From the NCBI GenBank assembly GCA_965218585.1, contig CBDCLE010000002.1, positions 64,001 to 128,000 of the forward strand: a stretch of 64,000 bases of DNA, in the 5' to 3' direction. The translations under genes were made by a program, and so were the position numbers. The notes below the pieces were generated by a model. That model was not told the DNA's origin and ran no database searches. It worked only from the letters and a program-made list of their open reading frames with translations. Below, in pieces: positions 10,529-21,625 of the stretch; position 1 is the first letter of the stretch; each line of letters begins with the position of its first letter. This stretch comes from Terriglobia bacterium. Lineage in GTDB: Bacteria; Acidobacteriota; Terriglobia; 20CM-2-55-15.

Positions 10529-10676
10529 ATGCACCGCCATGCACCTCGGAGTTGCCCTCAGTTCCTAATCTACAGACAAGTTCAATACACCACGGAACCT
10601 GAACAGAACGGGTCCGCGCCTGCAATCTACAGGAGAAATAATATTCCGAAAAGAAAATAAGCCATCCACGAAATCG

Positions 10677-10705
10677 TTGACTATTCTTACACGTGTAAGT
10701 ATAAT
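10677..10705 (+). promoter_or_regulatory. Sigma70 promoter of the transposase with a palindrome in the spacer
   Basis: TTGACT-17 bp-TATAAT; the spacer holds the perfect palindrome CTTACACGTGTAAG (10686-10699). Confidence 0.8.
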
Positions 10706-10712
10706 GGCTAAT

Positions 10713-11540
10713 ATGAATCGGCTGAGTAAGGATCGCCAAAGACAGGTTGTCGCTGCCCTGGTTGAAGGGAACGGCCTTCGAGCGACTGCACGGATGACGG
10801 GCGTGGCACGAATGACCGTCGAAAAGCTCTTGAAGGATTTAGGTGCTGCGTGTACCAATCTCCAAGACGAATCCTTTCGCAACCTCGCCTGCAAACGCAT
10901 CCAAGTTGATGAAATCTGGGCGTTCTGCTACGCAAAGGAAAAGAACGTTCCATCCGACAGGAAAGGACAGTTCGGGTACGGGGATGTTTGGACGTGGGTC
11001 GCGATTGACGCCGACACCAAGTTAATTCCTTCCTGGTTGATCGGGCGGCGGGACGCGATCTGCGCCAGTGAGTTCCTGGCTGATCTGGCTGGGCGGCTGG
11101 CCAACCGCGTCCAATTGACCTCTGACGGTCACAAGGCCTACCTAGTGGGCGTAGAGGCTGCGTTTGGCGGCGAAGTCGATTACAGCCAGCTTGTGAAGCT
11201 CTACGGCAAGCCTTACGATGAACACCGCTACAGCCCACCGCAGTGCGTCGGTATCGCGATGAATCCGGTCGTTGGCGATCCAGATCCGGGACACGTTTCG
11301 ACCAGCTATGTTGAACGTCAGAATCTCACGATGCGGATGCACATGCGCCGGTTCACTAGGCTGACCAATGGACACTCGAAGAAAATCGAGAATCACGCAC
11401 TCGCTGTTGCGCTCCACTTCGCCTACTACAATTTTGTGAAGATTCATCAAAGCTTGAAGGTTACTCCAGCGATGGCCGCAGGCGTCACGGATCGACTGTG
11501 GGAGATCGAAGACCTGCTAAGGCTGATTGATTCAAACTAG
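10713..11540 (+). CDS. IS1-family single-ORF DDE transposase
   Basis: N-terminal HTH (VEGNGLRATARMTGV); catalytic triad IQVDEIW / LTSDG / YVERQN; TPAMAAG. Confidence 0.9.
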   Translation: MNRLSKDRQRQVVAALVEGNGLRATARMTGVARMTVEKLLKDLGAACTNLQDESFRNLACKRIQVDEIWAFCYAKEKNVPSDRKGQFGYGDVWTWVAIDADTKLIPSWLIGRRDAICASEFLADLAGRLANRVQLTSDGHKAYLVGVEAAFGGEVDYSQLVKLYGKPYDEHRYSPPQCVGIAMNPVVGDPDPGHVSTSYVERQNLTMRMHMRRFTRLTNGHSKKIENHALAVALHFAYYNFVKIHQSLKVTPAMAAGVTDRLWEIEDLLRLIDSN

Positions 11541-11661
11541 ACCAGTACCAGAAATTCTATCACGCTGCCGAGAACAGCTTCTGGCGTTATAATCGGGACA
11601 ACAAAGCGACTACTACAGGATCTAGCCGTCTGAAGAAGTATAGAACCGGGAGGTAGAGTCC

Positions 11662-12342
11662 ATGAAACGTACAGCCATCTTTGTTGCAGCACTGGTCCTG
11701 CTAGCAGCCTTACCTGCCGGCCTCGACGCACAGCAGGCCGGGTTCAGGGTCGGCATCGGCACCCGAATCGGAGTGGCACAGGCACCTTACGGAATAGGCG
11801 GGCCTATCTTCGTTGGACCGAATATGGTGGGCCGCACTCTGCCCGGAATCGGCGGATCTGTCGTGGTCGGAAACAGAGGCCGTTTCGCTCAACCACCCGC
11901 TTATGGCTTGCAGCGCGGTCGAGGGATTCGTCCAAGGCCTGGGATTAATCGACGAGGGTCGTTTGTTTTCGTGGGACCGCCTGCCGTCAAGATCGGGCCC
12001 GGTCACCAGCCTTTCACACCTACTCATCCGGTGGCGACCCCCGGAGTCACCGTCATCACACCGGGAGGAAATATCGTCTCAACGGGCACGCGCCCGAGAG
12101 GTGGGGTTAACCTAAGGCCTGGAACCCGGATCGTCCAGCAAGGAATCGGGCCCGCTATCGCAGTCAGAACCAATGACCCTTATTCCGGCATCCGGAACGT
12201 CGGCCGGGGGACACCGCGCCACGAAGTCATCACCCGTTTCGGCAGACCGAAAGTACAGATCCTGAACCGGGATTCGGAAACACTGATCTTCGGTGGGACC
12301 ACGGTTATCATTCAGAATGGCGTCGTGGCCCTCGTTCGCTGA
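11662..12342 (+). CDS. Exported Gly/Pro/Arg-rich hypothetical protein
   Basis: RBS GGAGG, signal peptide, low-complexity middle, small C-terminal domain (EVITRFGRP). Confidence 0.65.
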   Translation: MKRTAIFVAALVLLAALPAGLDAQQAGFRVGIGTRIGVAQAPYGIGGPIFVGPNMVGRTLPGIGGSVVVGNRGRFAQPPAYGLQRGRGIRPRPGINRRGSFVFVGPPAVKIGPGHQPFTPTHPVATPGVTVITPGGNIVSTGTRPRGGVNLRPGTRIVQQGIGPAIAVRTNDPYSGIRNVGRGTPRHEVITRFGRPKVQILNRDSETLIFGGTTVIIQNGVVALVR

Positions 12343-13003
12343 AATTACTTCCTGTAAGCGGTGTCCGCGCCTGGTGACGCACCGGGAGTCCATCGCCAAA
12401 CGTAAGACACGCCGTTTCGAGGAGTGGGACTACTGGGGCCGTCCGGTACCGAGTTTTGGAGACCGCAAGGCACGGTTACTGGTGGTCGGCCTCGCACCGG
12501 CAGCTCATGGCGCCAATCGCACGGGCCGAATGTTCACAGGCGACAGGTCGGGCGACTGGCTCTACCGGGCGCTCCACAAAGCCGGTTTCGCCAACCAGCC
12601 GACATCCACAGACCGCAACGATGGACTCGAGCTCAACGACTGCCTGATCACGGCCGCCGCCCACTGCGCTCCGCCGGAGAACAAACCCACACCGAAAGAA
12701 CTCGCCGAATGCCAGCCGTACTTTCTGGATGAATTAAAGCGTCTGAAGAGATTAAGGGTCGTCGTTGGACTCGGGCAGGTGGGCTTCAACGCCTACCTGC
12801 GGACAAGAAAGGCTCTCGGAATGCCAAACCCGAAACCCGCTCCCAAGTTCGGTCATGCCAAGGTCGTTGACCTATCGGACGGCATCGCGCTGGTCGGGTC
12901 CTACCACCCCAGCCAACAGAACACGTTTACGGGCCGGCTAACGGAACCGATGCTGGACGAGGTTTTTGAACTGGCCAGAAAACTAATCGAGGCGTCGCTT
13001 TGA
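12317..13003 (+). CDS. Uracil-DNA glycosylase family 5 (UdgB-like, Fe-S)
   Basis: CKRCPRL, GLAPAAHGANRTGRMFTGD, HCAPP.NKP, SYHPSQQN. Confidence 0.92.
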   Translation: MASWPSFAEITSCKRCPRLVTHRESIAKRKTRRFEEWDYWGRPVPSFGDRKARLLVVGLAPAAHGANRTGRMFTGDRSGDWLYRALHKAGFANQPTSTDRNDGLELNDCLITAAAHCAPPENKPTPKELAECQPYFLDELKRLKRLRVVVGLGQVGFNAYLRTRKALGMPNPKPAPKFGHAKVVDLSDGIALVGSYHPSQQNTFTGRLTEPMLDEVFELARKLIEASL

Positions 13004-13084
13004 CAACGTAAAAAGAGCCCACCCCGATCGAGTAAAAAGGACCCACCCCCCGGGTTAATGGTTTGTAAGTAAATCCGCCGTCGG

Positions 13085-13180
13085 GGTTGCGGGAAGTGTG
13101 GAAGCCGAAAGCTTCCAAGCCGCGGTGGTAACGCGCCGGCTTTGCAGCGGGTTTCCACGGTGGCGACACTTTCCACAGCC
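13085..13180 (-). other. Multi-stem structured sequence between istB and the IS end
   Basis: Outer stem GGCTGTGGAAAGTG/CACTTCCCGCAACC, inner GTGGAAAC/GTTACCAC and TGGAAGC-TTTCG-GCTTCCA. Confidence 0.45.
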
Positions 13181-13197
13181 GCTCGCTCGCGTGTGTT

Positions 13198-13989
13198 TCA
13201 CGCGGAACCTTGGGCGGACCGGGGTTTCTTCTTCCGTTTGCCCGCGGCACCGAGACTCTCGGTGAAGCGGATACTTTCCCAATCGAACTGATGAATCGCG
13301 CAGTGATGGGTCAATCGGTCCAACAGGGCCGCGGTCAGGGCGGCATCGCCGAACACGCTGGTCCACTGCGCAAACGGCAGGTTCGACGTCACGATGAGGG
13401 AACCCTTTTCGTACCGGTCCGAGAAGACCTGAAACAGCAACTGGGCACCCTCGGCCGAGAACGGGATATAGCCGACCTCGTCGACGATGAGCAGCTCGAA
13501 GCGGGACAACTTCGCCAGTTGCCGCTTCAACTGTCGCTCCTCACGGGACTCGATCAGCGTATTGACCCGCCCCGCGGCCGTGGTGAACCCGACGCGGTAG
13601 CCCCTCCGGCAGGCTTCCACACCCCACACCGTCGCGGCGTGAGTCTTGCCGGTGCCGTGTTTGCCCAACAGCACGACGTTCTCGCACCGGGTGATGGTGT
13701 CGCACTCGGCATAGTCGCGCACCTGGACCGCATCCAGTGCCGGCCACTTGTTCAGGTCGGTCGTTTCCAGGGTTTTCAACCGTGGGAACCGGGCCGCGCG
13801 CAACCGGCGCTGGATCTGATTGGCTTGCCGCTGTTCCAACTCACGACTGGCCAGAGCCAGCAGAAAGCCGGGGTACCCCTCGCCGGCTTCCTTGGCCTGG
13901 CGGCCGTATTCCCGCCATTCCCGGACCATGGCCGGCAACCGGAGCTGCCGCAATGCGTCGTCCAGGACCACCTCCTGTCCCGGAGTCAT
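13198..13989 (-). CDS. istB: IS21 helper ATPase IstB
   Basis: Walker A GKHGTGKT, Walker B LIVDEVGY, TSNLPF.W, LLDRL.HH. Confidence 0.93.
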   Translation of the reverse strand: MTPGQEVVLDDALRQLRLPAMVREWREYGRQAKEAGEGYPGFLLALASRELEQRQANQIQRRLRAARFPRLKTLETTDLNKWPALDAVQVRDYAECDTITRCENVVLLGKHGTGKTHAATVWGVEACRRGYRVGFTTAAGRVNTLIESREERQLKRQLAKLSRFELLIVDEVGYIPFSAEGAQLLFQVFSDRYEKGSLIVTSNLPFAQWTSVFGDAALTAALLDRLTHHCAIHQFDWESIRFTESLGAAGKRKKKPRSAQGSA

Positions 13990-15515
13990 CGCACACCTCC
14001 AGCCAACAGGTCGTATCGATTCAGATCGGTTCCGGCAATCGCCCGGTCCGTGATCCCGGGCATCAGTCCGGACTCAAGCGGGGCATGGGATCGGGCGGGT
14101 GCGTCCTCCCGCATCAGAATGTGCCGCACCGCTTCCAGTTCGGCGCAGTGGGCATCGAGCGCATCCTGGACGGCGGCCGACACCCGGCCCAGATCCCAGT
14201 TCTGGTGGAGTTGCAGGATGCTGATGAACTCCCGGGTGCCCCGGCTGTACCCATGCCGGTCCCGCAACCGCTCCAGCACCGTCTCGTAATGGGCCGGCCA
14301 CTGGGGCCGCCACTGCCGGATCGGGCGGGCACTCTCAAACGAGGCCACCTTCCGCCGGATCAACTCCAGGTAGTGCAACGGATCGGTCCGCCAGTCGCTA
14401 TGACCGAAGGCGCGGGCATGTTCGGCCACCTTCTTCTGGTCCGCGTAAAAGCTCACCCGGTCACAGCCGATATGGGCCCAGAGCCGGCGTCCCACATACG
14501 CGGTCGGCACCGAGTAGCGGTTCGAATCCACCTGGGCGGTCTGGTACCGGCTGATCCGCACGCCCACCACCTTCGTGTTTTCGAATGGCGTCTCGGGCAG
14601 CGCCAACAGGCGCTCTTTCTCGACCGCGTGCCGTTCCCCGATCGTGCGGGTGTCGGACCGGCCGCCGATCCGGCGCTGCTCGTCGGTCGCGCAGCGTTCC
14701 AGCAGCTGCGCGTTCAGTTCCTCGAAGTCGGCCACCTCGGGAATCGGCACCAGGAAATTCCGGCGTGCGAAACCGACCAGGCCCTCGACACCACCTTTCT
14801 CCTGGCCCCGGGCCGGATTACAGAACCGCGCTTCAAAGGTGTAGTGGGCTCGTAACGCCGTGAACCGGTCCTGCTCGATCCGGGCCTTCCCCCTCAGAAT
14901 CCGCCTCACAGCTGTCTTCAGGTTATCGAAGACCACGGCCGGGAATACGCCGCCGTACCAGCCGAACGCCCGGATGTGACCGTCCAGGAACATCGCCTTC
15001 CGTTCCCGCGGATACGCCCGCACGAACGACTTGCCCGAGTACCGGCTCCGCATGCAGAACAGTTTGACCTGAACGTCTTCACCCTTCATCCGGACCCAGC
15101 CCGTCCCCCAGTCCACTTCCGCTTCCCGCGCCTGTTCCGGATCCAGCGGCACCACCGCCCCCGGCCGGTGCCAGCCCAAACGCATCTTCCGCTCCCGGAC
15201 CCATCGCCGCACCGTCGGCTCGGCTCCGGTGAACCCATGCTCATCGACCAGGCGCCGCCATACCCGGTGCGCCGTGTGCCGCTGCTTGACCGGCTGCTCC
15301 CGATCGGCCCGCAGCCAGCCCTCCACGATCCCGGCCACCGGGTCCATCACCGGACAGGCCGGCTCCTTCTCCCGCCGATACTTCGGCTCCTGGCCGGCCA
15401 ATACTTTCCGGACCGTCCGTCTCGTGTGCCCGGTCTCCCGGGCGATCTGTCGAATGCTTTTCTTGTAAACTCGATGTGCGGTCCTGACCATCTCGTACTG
15501 ATCCATCCCTAACAA
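13986..15515 (-). CDS. istA: IS21 transposase IstA
   Basis: HTH SIRQIARETG, AEVDWG, VFDNLK, EKGGVE, NRYSVP. Confidence 0.93.
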   Translation of the reverse strand: MLGMDQYEMVRTAHRVYKKSIRQIARETGHTRRTVRKVLAGQEPKYRREKEPACPVMDPVAGIVEGWLRADREQPVKQRHTAHRVWRRLVDEHGFTGAEPTVRRWVRERKMRLGWHRPGAVVPLDPEQAREAEVDWGTGWVRMKGEDVQVKLFCMRSRYSGKSFVRAYPRERKAMFLDGHIRAFGWYGGVFPAVVFDNLKTAVRRILRGKARIEQDRFTALRAHYTFEARFCNPARGQEKGGVEGLVGFARRNFLVPIPEVADFEELNAQLLERCATDEQRRIGGRSDTRTIGERHAVEKERLLALPETPFENTKVVGVRISRYQTAQVDSNRYSVPTAYVGRRLWAHIGCDRVSFYADQKKVAEHARAFGHSDWRTDPLHYLELIRRKVASFESARPIRQWRPQWPAHYETVLERLRDRHGYSRGTREFISILQLHQNWDLGRVSAAVQDALDAHCAELEAVRHILMREDAPARSHAPLESGLMPGITDRAIAGTDLNRYDLLAGGVR

Positions 15516-15674
15516 CTCCTTATCCTCCCTCCGCCATGCCGGTTCATCCAGGCACTCGCCGGGGGAGGCTATCAGGGTGGGTCCTTTTTCCTCGATCAGA
15601 ACCCCGTTTGGTGGGTCCTTTTTATGCTATCGAAATCAGAGGCGAAATAGAAAACAGAACACTCCCCCCTACGG

Positions 15675-15794
15675 GAGTGGTGGAGGCGTGCCCGGGACAA
15701 GGAACGCAAGCGAGGGCACCGGAAACGTATAGGTAGTACGTTGAGGATGCCCGAGCGCAGCGTGACGCCGGATCCGGGTGCGGATCCGCCACTC
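15675..15794. repeat. ~120-nt nested-palindrome element (MITE/REP-like or ncRNA)
   Basis: GAGTGGTGGA/TCCGCCACTC, CGTGCCCGG/CCGGGTGCG, GGGCA/TGCCC and AACGTA/TACGTT nested stems. Confidence 0.5.
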
Positions 15795-15797
15795 AGG

Positions 15798-15926
15798 CTA
15801 CCGCTCCCAGCGGACATTACACACCGCACACATCCACCAGCCCTTCTTCCAATGGGCCACCTCCGAGACGGTATGTTCGTTGCCACAACGGACGCACTTG
15901 GGTTTCTTGGGCTTGGATTCGACCAT
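15798..15926 (-). CDS. 42-aa zinc-ribbon microprotein (not in the ORF track)
   Basis: MVESKPKKPKCVRCGNEHTVSEVAHWKKGWWMCAVCNVRWER; two CxxC motifs; AGGAG RBS 6 nt upstream. Confidence 0.7.
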   Translation of the reverse strand: MVESKPKKPKCVRCGNEHTVSEVAHWKKGWWMCAVCNVRWER

Positions 15927-16080
15927 GGAGTACTCCTGTTAGAAAAACGTCAAAGGATTCGAGTTAAGGAGACGGAAGTATAGTTCACAAGGCTGTCACC
16001 CACAAATAATCGCGTACGCCCTCAGCCTAGTCCAGGAGCGTTGGACTCGGCATGGCAGGCTATGACAGAATTGCCGGGTC

Positions 16081-16164
16081 GCCGGAGTGGCGGAATGGCA
16101 GACGCAGCAGACTCAAAATCTGCCGAGACTTAGTCTCGTGGGGGTTCAAGTCCCCCCTCCGGCA
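16081..16164 (+). tRNA. tRNA-Leu(CAA), CCA not encoded
   Basis: Acceptor GCCGGAG/CTCCGGC+A; anticodon arm GCAGA-CTCAAAA-TCTGC; variable arm GAGAC-TTA-GTCTC; GGTTCAAGTCC T arm. Confidence 0.97.
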
Positions 16165-16172
16165 TATACGTT

Positions 16173-17321
16173 TCAAGCACTTGCAACCTGACCGACTTCT
16201 CGCTCCTTGCTAAATTCGGCCAACTTTGCCCGTACCGTGCCCGCACTTTGCCCGAGGTACTCGTCCACGGCGTCACCGGCGGCTCTAATATCATCCTCAT
16301 TGACGATGTTGTAACGGTCAAAAACCGACCGTGTCTTGTGACCCGAAATCGCCATCGCGACTCTCTCGGGAACACCGGCACGGACCACAGGTTGCGAACG
16401 CCACAACGCCGGAGATCGTGGAATAGAGCACCGCTGAGTCCAACCTTCTCGCAGGCCGCTTTTCCAAGCCGCACGGAAATCCCTAATCGGCCTTCCCGTG
16501 GAATGGCTGAAAAATACGTGTTTACAGAAAGGGAACGACTGATCCCGAAGCTGGCGCTGAGCTAAGAGTTCGTCGTGCAACTCCTGGCCCATCGGAACAA
16601 TTCGAGGACTGTCGTTCTTAGTTGTGTGAGGTTCGAGACGGATTACACGGGCGTTGAAGTCGACCTGGTCCCAAGTCAGACTCAAGACTTCTCCGTGACG
16701 CATGCCCGTTCGGTAGGCGAGACTGACAACCGGTTTCAGGCGGTCTGGAAGGACTTTCTGCAACCGGATGTATGTGAAGTGATCGAAGAAGCCCTTACGA
16801 ACGTTCTTCTCCGCAAGCATCGGAACGTGAGGCACAACAGTGACTTTGCCGTCCTTTTTCGCGATGTTGAACATACGCTTGAGCGCGGATAGCTCGCGAT
16901 TCAGCGTTGCGTTCGAGGGCGGCTAGTCGTGCTGAGTCTCTTCCGTTTGCCTAACTGCGACGTACTCCCGGATCCTATCGGTCGTGATCTGAACGGCCTT
17001 GAAGCCACCGAAGTGCTTCTCTAACCGCTTCACGTAGTCACGAACGTTCCGGATAGCCTTCTTCCGGTTGATCCGGTAGTCATTCAATAAACCCTCTGCC
17101 ATTTCATCGAACGTTGTTCTCTCTGGCGTCAGGTCTACGAATGTACCGCCAGCTACGGCGCCTTCCCGCTTCTTGAGTAACTCCACAGCATCGCGCTTCC
17201 TGTGCGACCCTGAGGATTCACGGTACGGCTTGCCGTTCCGGTAATACTTCACCCAGTACTTACTACTCTCTTGATAAACCCCGTCACTGTTCTTGTAGCG
17301 GGGCTTGTAGATAGAACCCAT
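16173..17321 (-). pseudogene. Phage/island tyrosine integrase pseudogene
   Basis: TGMR..E, FHDLRR, SGHKT.SVF.RY; in-frame TAG at 16923-16925 plus two frameshifts (~16465, ~16388); abuts the tRNA 3' end. Confidence 0.9.
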
Positions 17322-17361
17322 TCTTGTTTTTCACTTCCTTTCGATAGTGATTTGTAAGCAA

Positions 17362-17750
17362 CTACTTTCTAAGTGTATCTATCACTCGCCAGTTGGTGGT
17401 CCCTGGCAAGAGACATTCCCAGAACCGCCAACCATTGACGTTTTTTCCGGTGATTGCCACAGCAGCCGCAGATGGCGTCGGATATCTGTTTCCGTTCACC
17501 TCCATAGCCCCGTTTTTTGCCAGACCGGGTATACCAGTCGGCCCTTGTAAGTCACCCTGAACTCTGTCCCAGGAGGGAAAGAAACTCCTTTTACTGTCCA
17601 GGACAGCCCTGGCGCGTCGACTTTTGAACGGTCTGCTGGCCCAGGCAGCTCCAGTAGGCCTCGGATCACATCATTTTCGGTCATGCCCTCTGTATCCCGC
17701 CTGGCTGTGAGTGCCTTGAAAACCTCGAAATCAACGTCAATCAAAGCCAT
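17362..17750 (-). pseudogene. DUF2924/RAMA-like DNA-binding protein, frameshifted
   Basis: MALIDVDFEVFKALT..FPPGTEFR continues in another frame (~17535) as TPSAAAVAITGKNVNGWRFW. Confidence 0.65.
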
Positions 17751-18090
17751 TATTATTCCTCCTTTTTTATTCGAGAAGGAATAGTAGTACAATTAGTTTC
17801 AGGGTCAAGCACACTTTTGTAGAGGTGAGACGCGGCAGATTCAACATCTAAGCTATTTCTTCTATCGCAGATTCTACTACCATCGCCTATCAGCTTTTCC
17901 TCCTTCACCACCGTGCTCAAGAATATAATCCCTGTGGGCACGCCACGGACACTGGAAACCGTGATGGCGATGCTCACGTTGTCCACAGAATATCGACCCG
18001 CAGGACGCCGGCCAATTCATAAGGAGATCTTCAGATTGAACCGCCCCGGGTTTTCCGGAGACTCCATTTCTTGAGAGGATGGGAGTCATC

Positions 18091-19320
<1,230 letters not shown>

Positions 19321-19350
19321 AACGGTCTCCGGGATTCCCGGGGTGGTTCA

Positions 19351-20530
19351 GTTCAGCGCCGATGAAGAGCTCGGTTACGTATACATGCCGATCTCGTCAC
19401 CGACGAGTGACATGTATGGTGGCCACCGGATCGGCGACAATCTGTTCGGTCAAAGCCTCGTCGCGGTGGATGCGGAAACCGGGGAGAGAGTATGGCACTT
19501 CCAAACAGTGCATCACGGCTTGTGGGATTACGACCTTCCCGCAGCACCCATTTTGATGGACATCACGGTGGATGGCCAGCCGATCAAAGCAGTCGCGCAG
19601 ATCACAAAGCAGGCGTTCACTTTCGTTTTTGATCGCGAGACTGGCGAGCCGGTCTGGCCGATTGAAGAGCGTCTCGTACCGCAGTCGACGACACCGGGCG
19701 AGCAGACTTCTCCGACACAACCGTTCCCGACCGTGCCGGCACCCTTCGACCTGCAAGGCTCCACCGAGGATAATCTGATCGATTTCACACCGGAGCTTCG
19801 CGCTGAAGCGGTCGAGATCGCGCGGCGGTACGTCACGGGTCCCCTGTTCACTCCGCCATCGATTGGCGGCGATGGCCCCAATGACACGCTCGGAACGATT
19901 CAACTTCCAGGTTCGCAGGGCGGAGCTGATGTGCAGGGAGCGGCCTTCGATCCTGACACCGGCTATTTGTATGTCCCGTCGATTACATCGCCGTTCATGG
20001 CCGACCTCGAGGCAGGCGATCCTGAGCGAGGGAACCTACGGTACGTGAAGGGTACAAGGCGTTGGATTTCCGGGCCGCGTGGGCTGCCGCTGTTCAAGCC
20101 ACCTTACGGGAGGATCACTGCCATCGACATGAATACAGGGGAGCATGTCTGGATGGTTCCGAATGGCGACGGCCCCCGTGATCACCCGGCGATTGAACAT
20201 CTGAATCTAGGGCCGCTCGGCAACCCTGGGCGGCCGTCGCCTCTGCTTACCAGAACCCTGTTGTTCATAGGCGAGGGCTTGACGAACATCGATGTCGACG
20301 ATGACCCGCGAGTCCTGCCGGGAATGCCGGCCGATATCGTAACGAACAGCGGTGGTAACAAGTTCCGAGCCTACGACAAGGCAACGGGAGAAACTCTGTG
20401 GGAAACCGAACTCCCTGCGGGCACGACGGGACCACCGGTCAGCTACATGTTCGGTGGCCAGCAATACATCGTCGTAGCGATTGGAGACAGCCAACATCGG
20501 GCCGAGTTGGTGGCGTTCAGTCTTCCGTAG
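19351..20530 (+). pseudogene. 3' half of a PQQ-dependent (glucose/quinate-type) dehydrogenase, truncated by IS3
   Basis: [36 protein letters not shown]; begins exactly at the IS3 end. Confidence 0.88.
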
Positions 20531-20761
20531 TTTAGACAGAATCGACCCTGACACGCGTGCAATGGATTCAAGGTTGTTCAGATAGGAAATCTGCGGCCTA
20601 TAGCACCTAACCCTTCGTCAAACGCACTGGCCGAAAGTCCTAGTCGAGTCAATCCGCCCCAACTATAATCGGGTGTTTCTGGCATCTTTCGGAATCTGGA
20701 CACACGCCAAGTGAGACTCTTAGAGCATCTGTTCACGCAAATAGGAAAAAATGAGGTCCCT

Positions 20762-21553
20762 ATGAAATTAACGATTTCTCTGATAGTGGCGACGCTGCTG
20801 CTGACCGGAACCGCTTTTTCACAAGAAACGGACACGATTTTTCTGGAGGAGCTCACATGGATCGAGGTCCGCGATGCGATCCAGAGTGGGACCACTACAA
20901 TTATCATACCGACGGCCGGCACCGAACAAAACGGCCCGCATAGTGTCCTGGGTAAACACAAGTACGTCATGAACCATGCTGCGGACCTGATCGCCCGTCG
21001 TCTCGAAAACACTCTCGTGGCTCCTGTGATGACGTATGTGCCTGAGGGTGACGTCGAACCACCGTCGGGGCACATGCGCTATGCGGGGACAATTACGCTT
21101 CCCAATGAATACTTCATGAAAGTCCTCGAATACGCAGCGCGCAGTCTGCGGGTCCATGGTTTCACCGACATCGTGTTCATCGGCGATAGTGGCGGCAACC
21201 AGGAAGGCATGCTAGAGGTCTCTCGAATGCTCAACGAAGAGTGGGAAGGTGGGGAAACCCGCGTTCATTTCATTGACGACTACTATTCCAACAATGGCAT
21301 TGACGAGTGACTGCTCGGCCAGGGAGAAACGGCTGATACGATTGGGCACGCGGGCATCAGCGACACTTCGCAACTGCTCTTCGTGGCGCCCGAACATATA
21401 CGGCGCAACGAACTGGCACCGGGGGGTGGTTTCGAGGGCAGCGGCGTCGGCGGTGATCCGTCGCGAGCGTCCACGGACTACGGCAGGAAAGGCATCGAAC
21501 TAAAAGTGGAAGTGGCCGTTCGGCAAATCATGGCCCTCATGGCTGGAAGGTAG
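20762..21553 (+). pseudogene. Creatininase family protein with an internal TGA
   Basis: ELTW.E, TEQNGPH, GDSGGN; the frame continues past TGA 21308-21310 into GHAG..DTS and GDP.RA. Confidence 0.8.
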
Positions 21554-21625
21554 TCCCAAGAGTGCAGCCTCTCATGAATTTCGATACGACTCGAGTTTGA
21601 AACTTTTTTCGAGGAGGACTCCTGA

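Larger units (their letters stand above)
9014..11549 (+). mobile_element. Complete IS1-family element with passenger genes (2536 bp)
   Basis: Perfect 20-bp TIRs GGTACTGGTCTAGTTTGAAT (9014-9033 / 11530-11549); 8-bp TSD AGAAATTC (9006-9013 / 11550-11557); the transposase stop lies in the right TIR. Confidence 0.93.
12995..15638 (-). mobile_element. Complete IS21-family element (2644 bp)
   Basis: 6-bp TSD GAGGCG (12989-12994 / 15639-15644); repeated AAAAAG(GA/AG)CCCACC motifs at both ends; istA-istB. Confidence 0.9.

Noticed and set aside
13210-14855. Long antisense ORFs (also 119-1198, 62392-63063 and others)
   Set aside because: Shadow frames of real genes in GC-rich DNA with no motifs
21308-21310. 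Creatininase TGA as selenocysteine or an alternative genetic code
   Set aside because: The context (DE-stop-LL) fits Trp TGG>TGA, not a catalytic Cys; I saw no SECIS-like hairpin; TGA is used as a normal stop throughout the window
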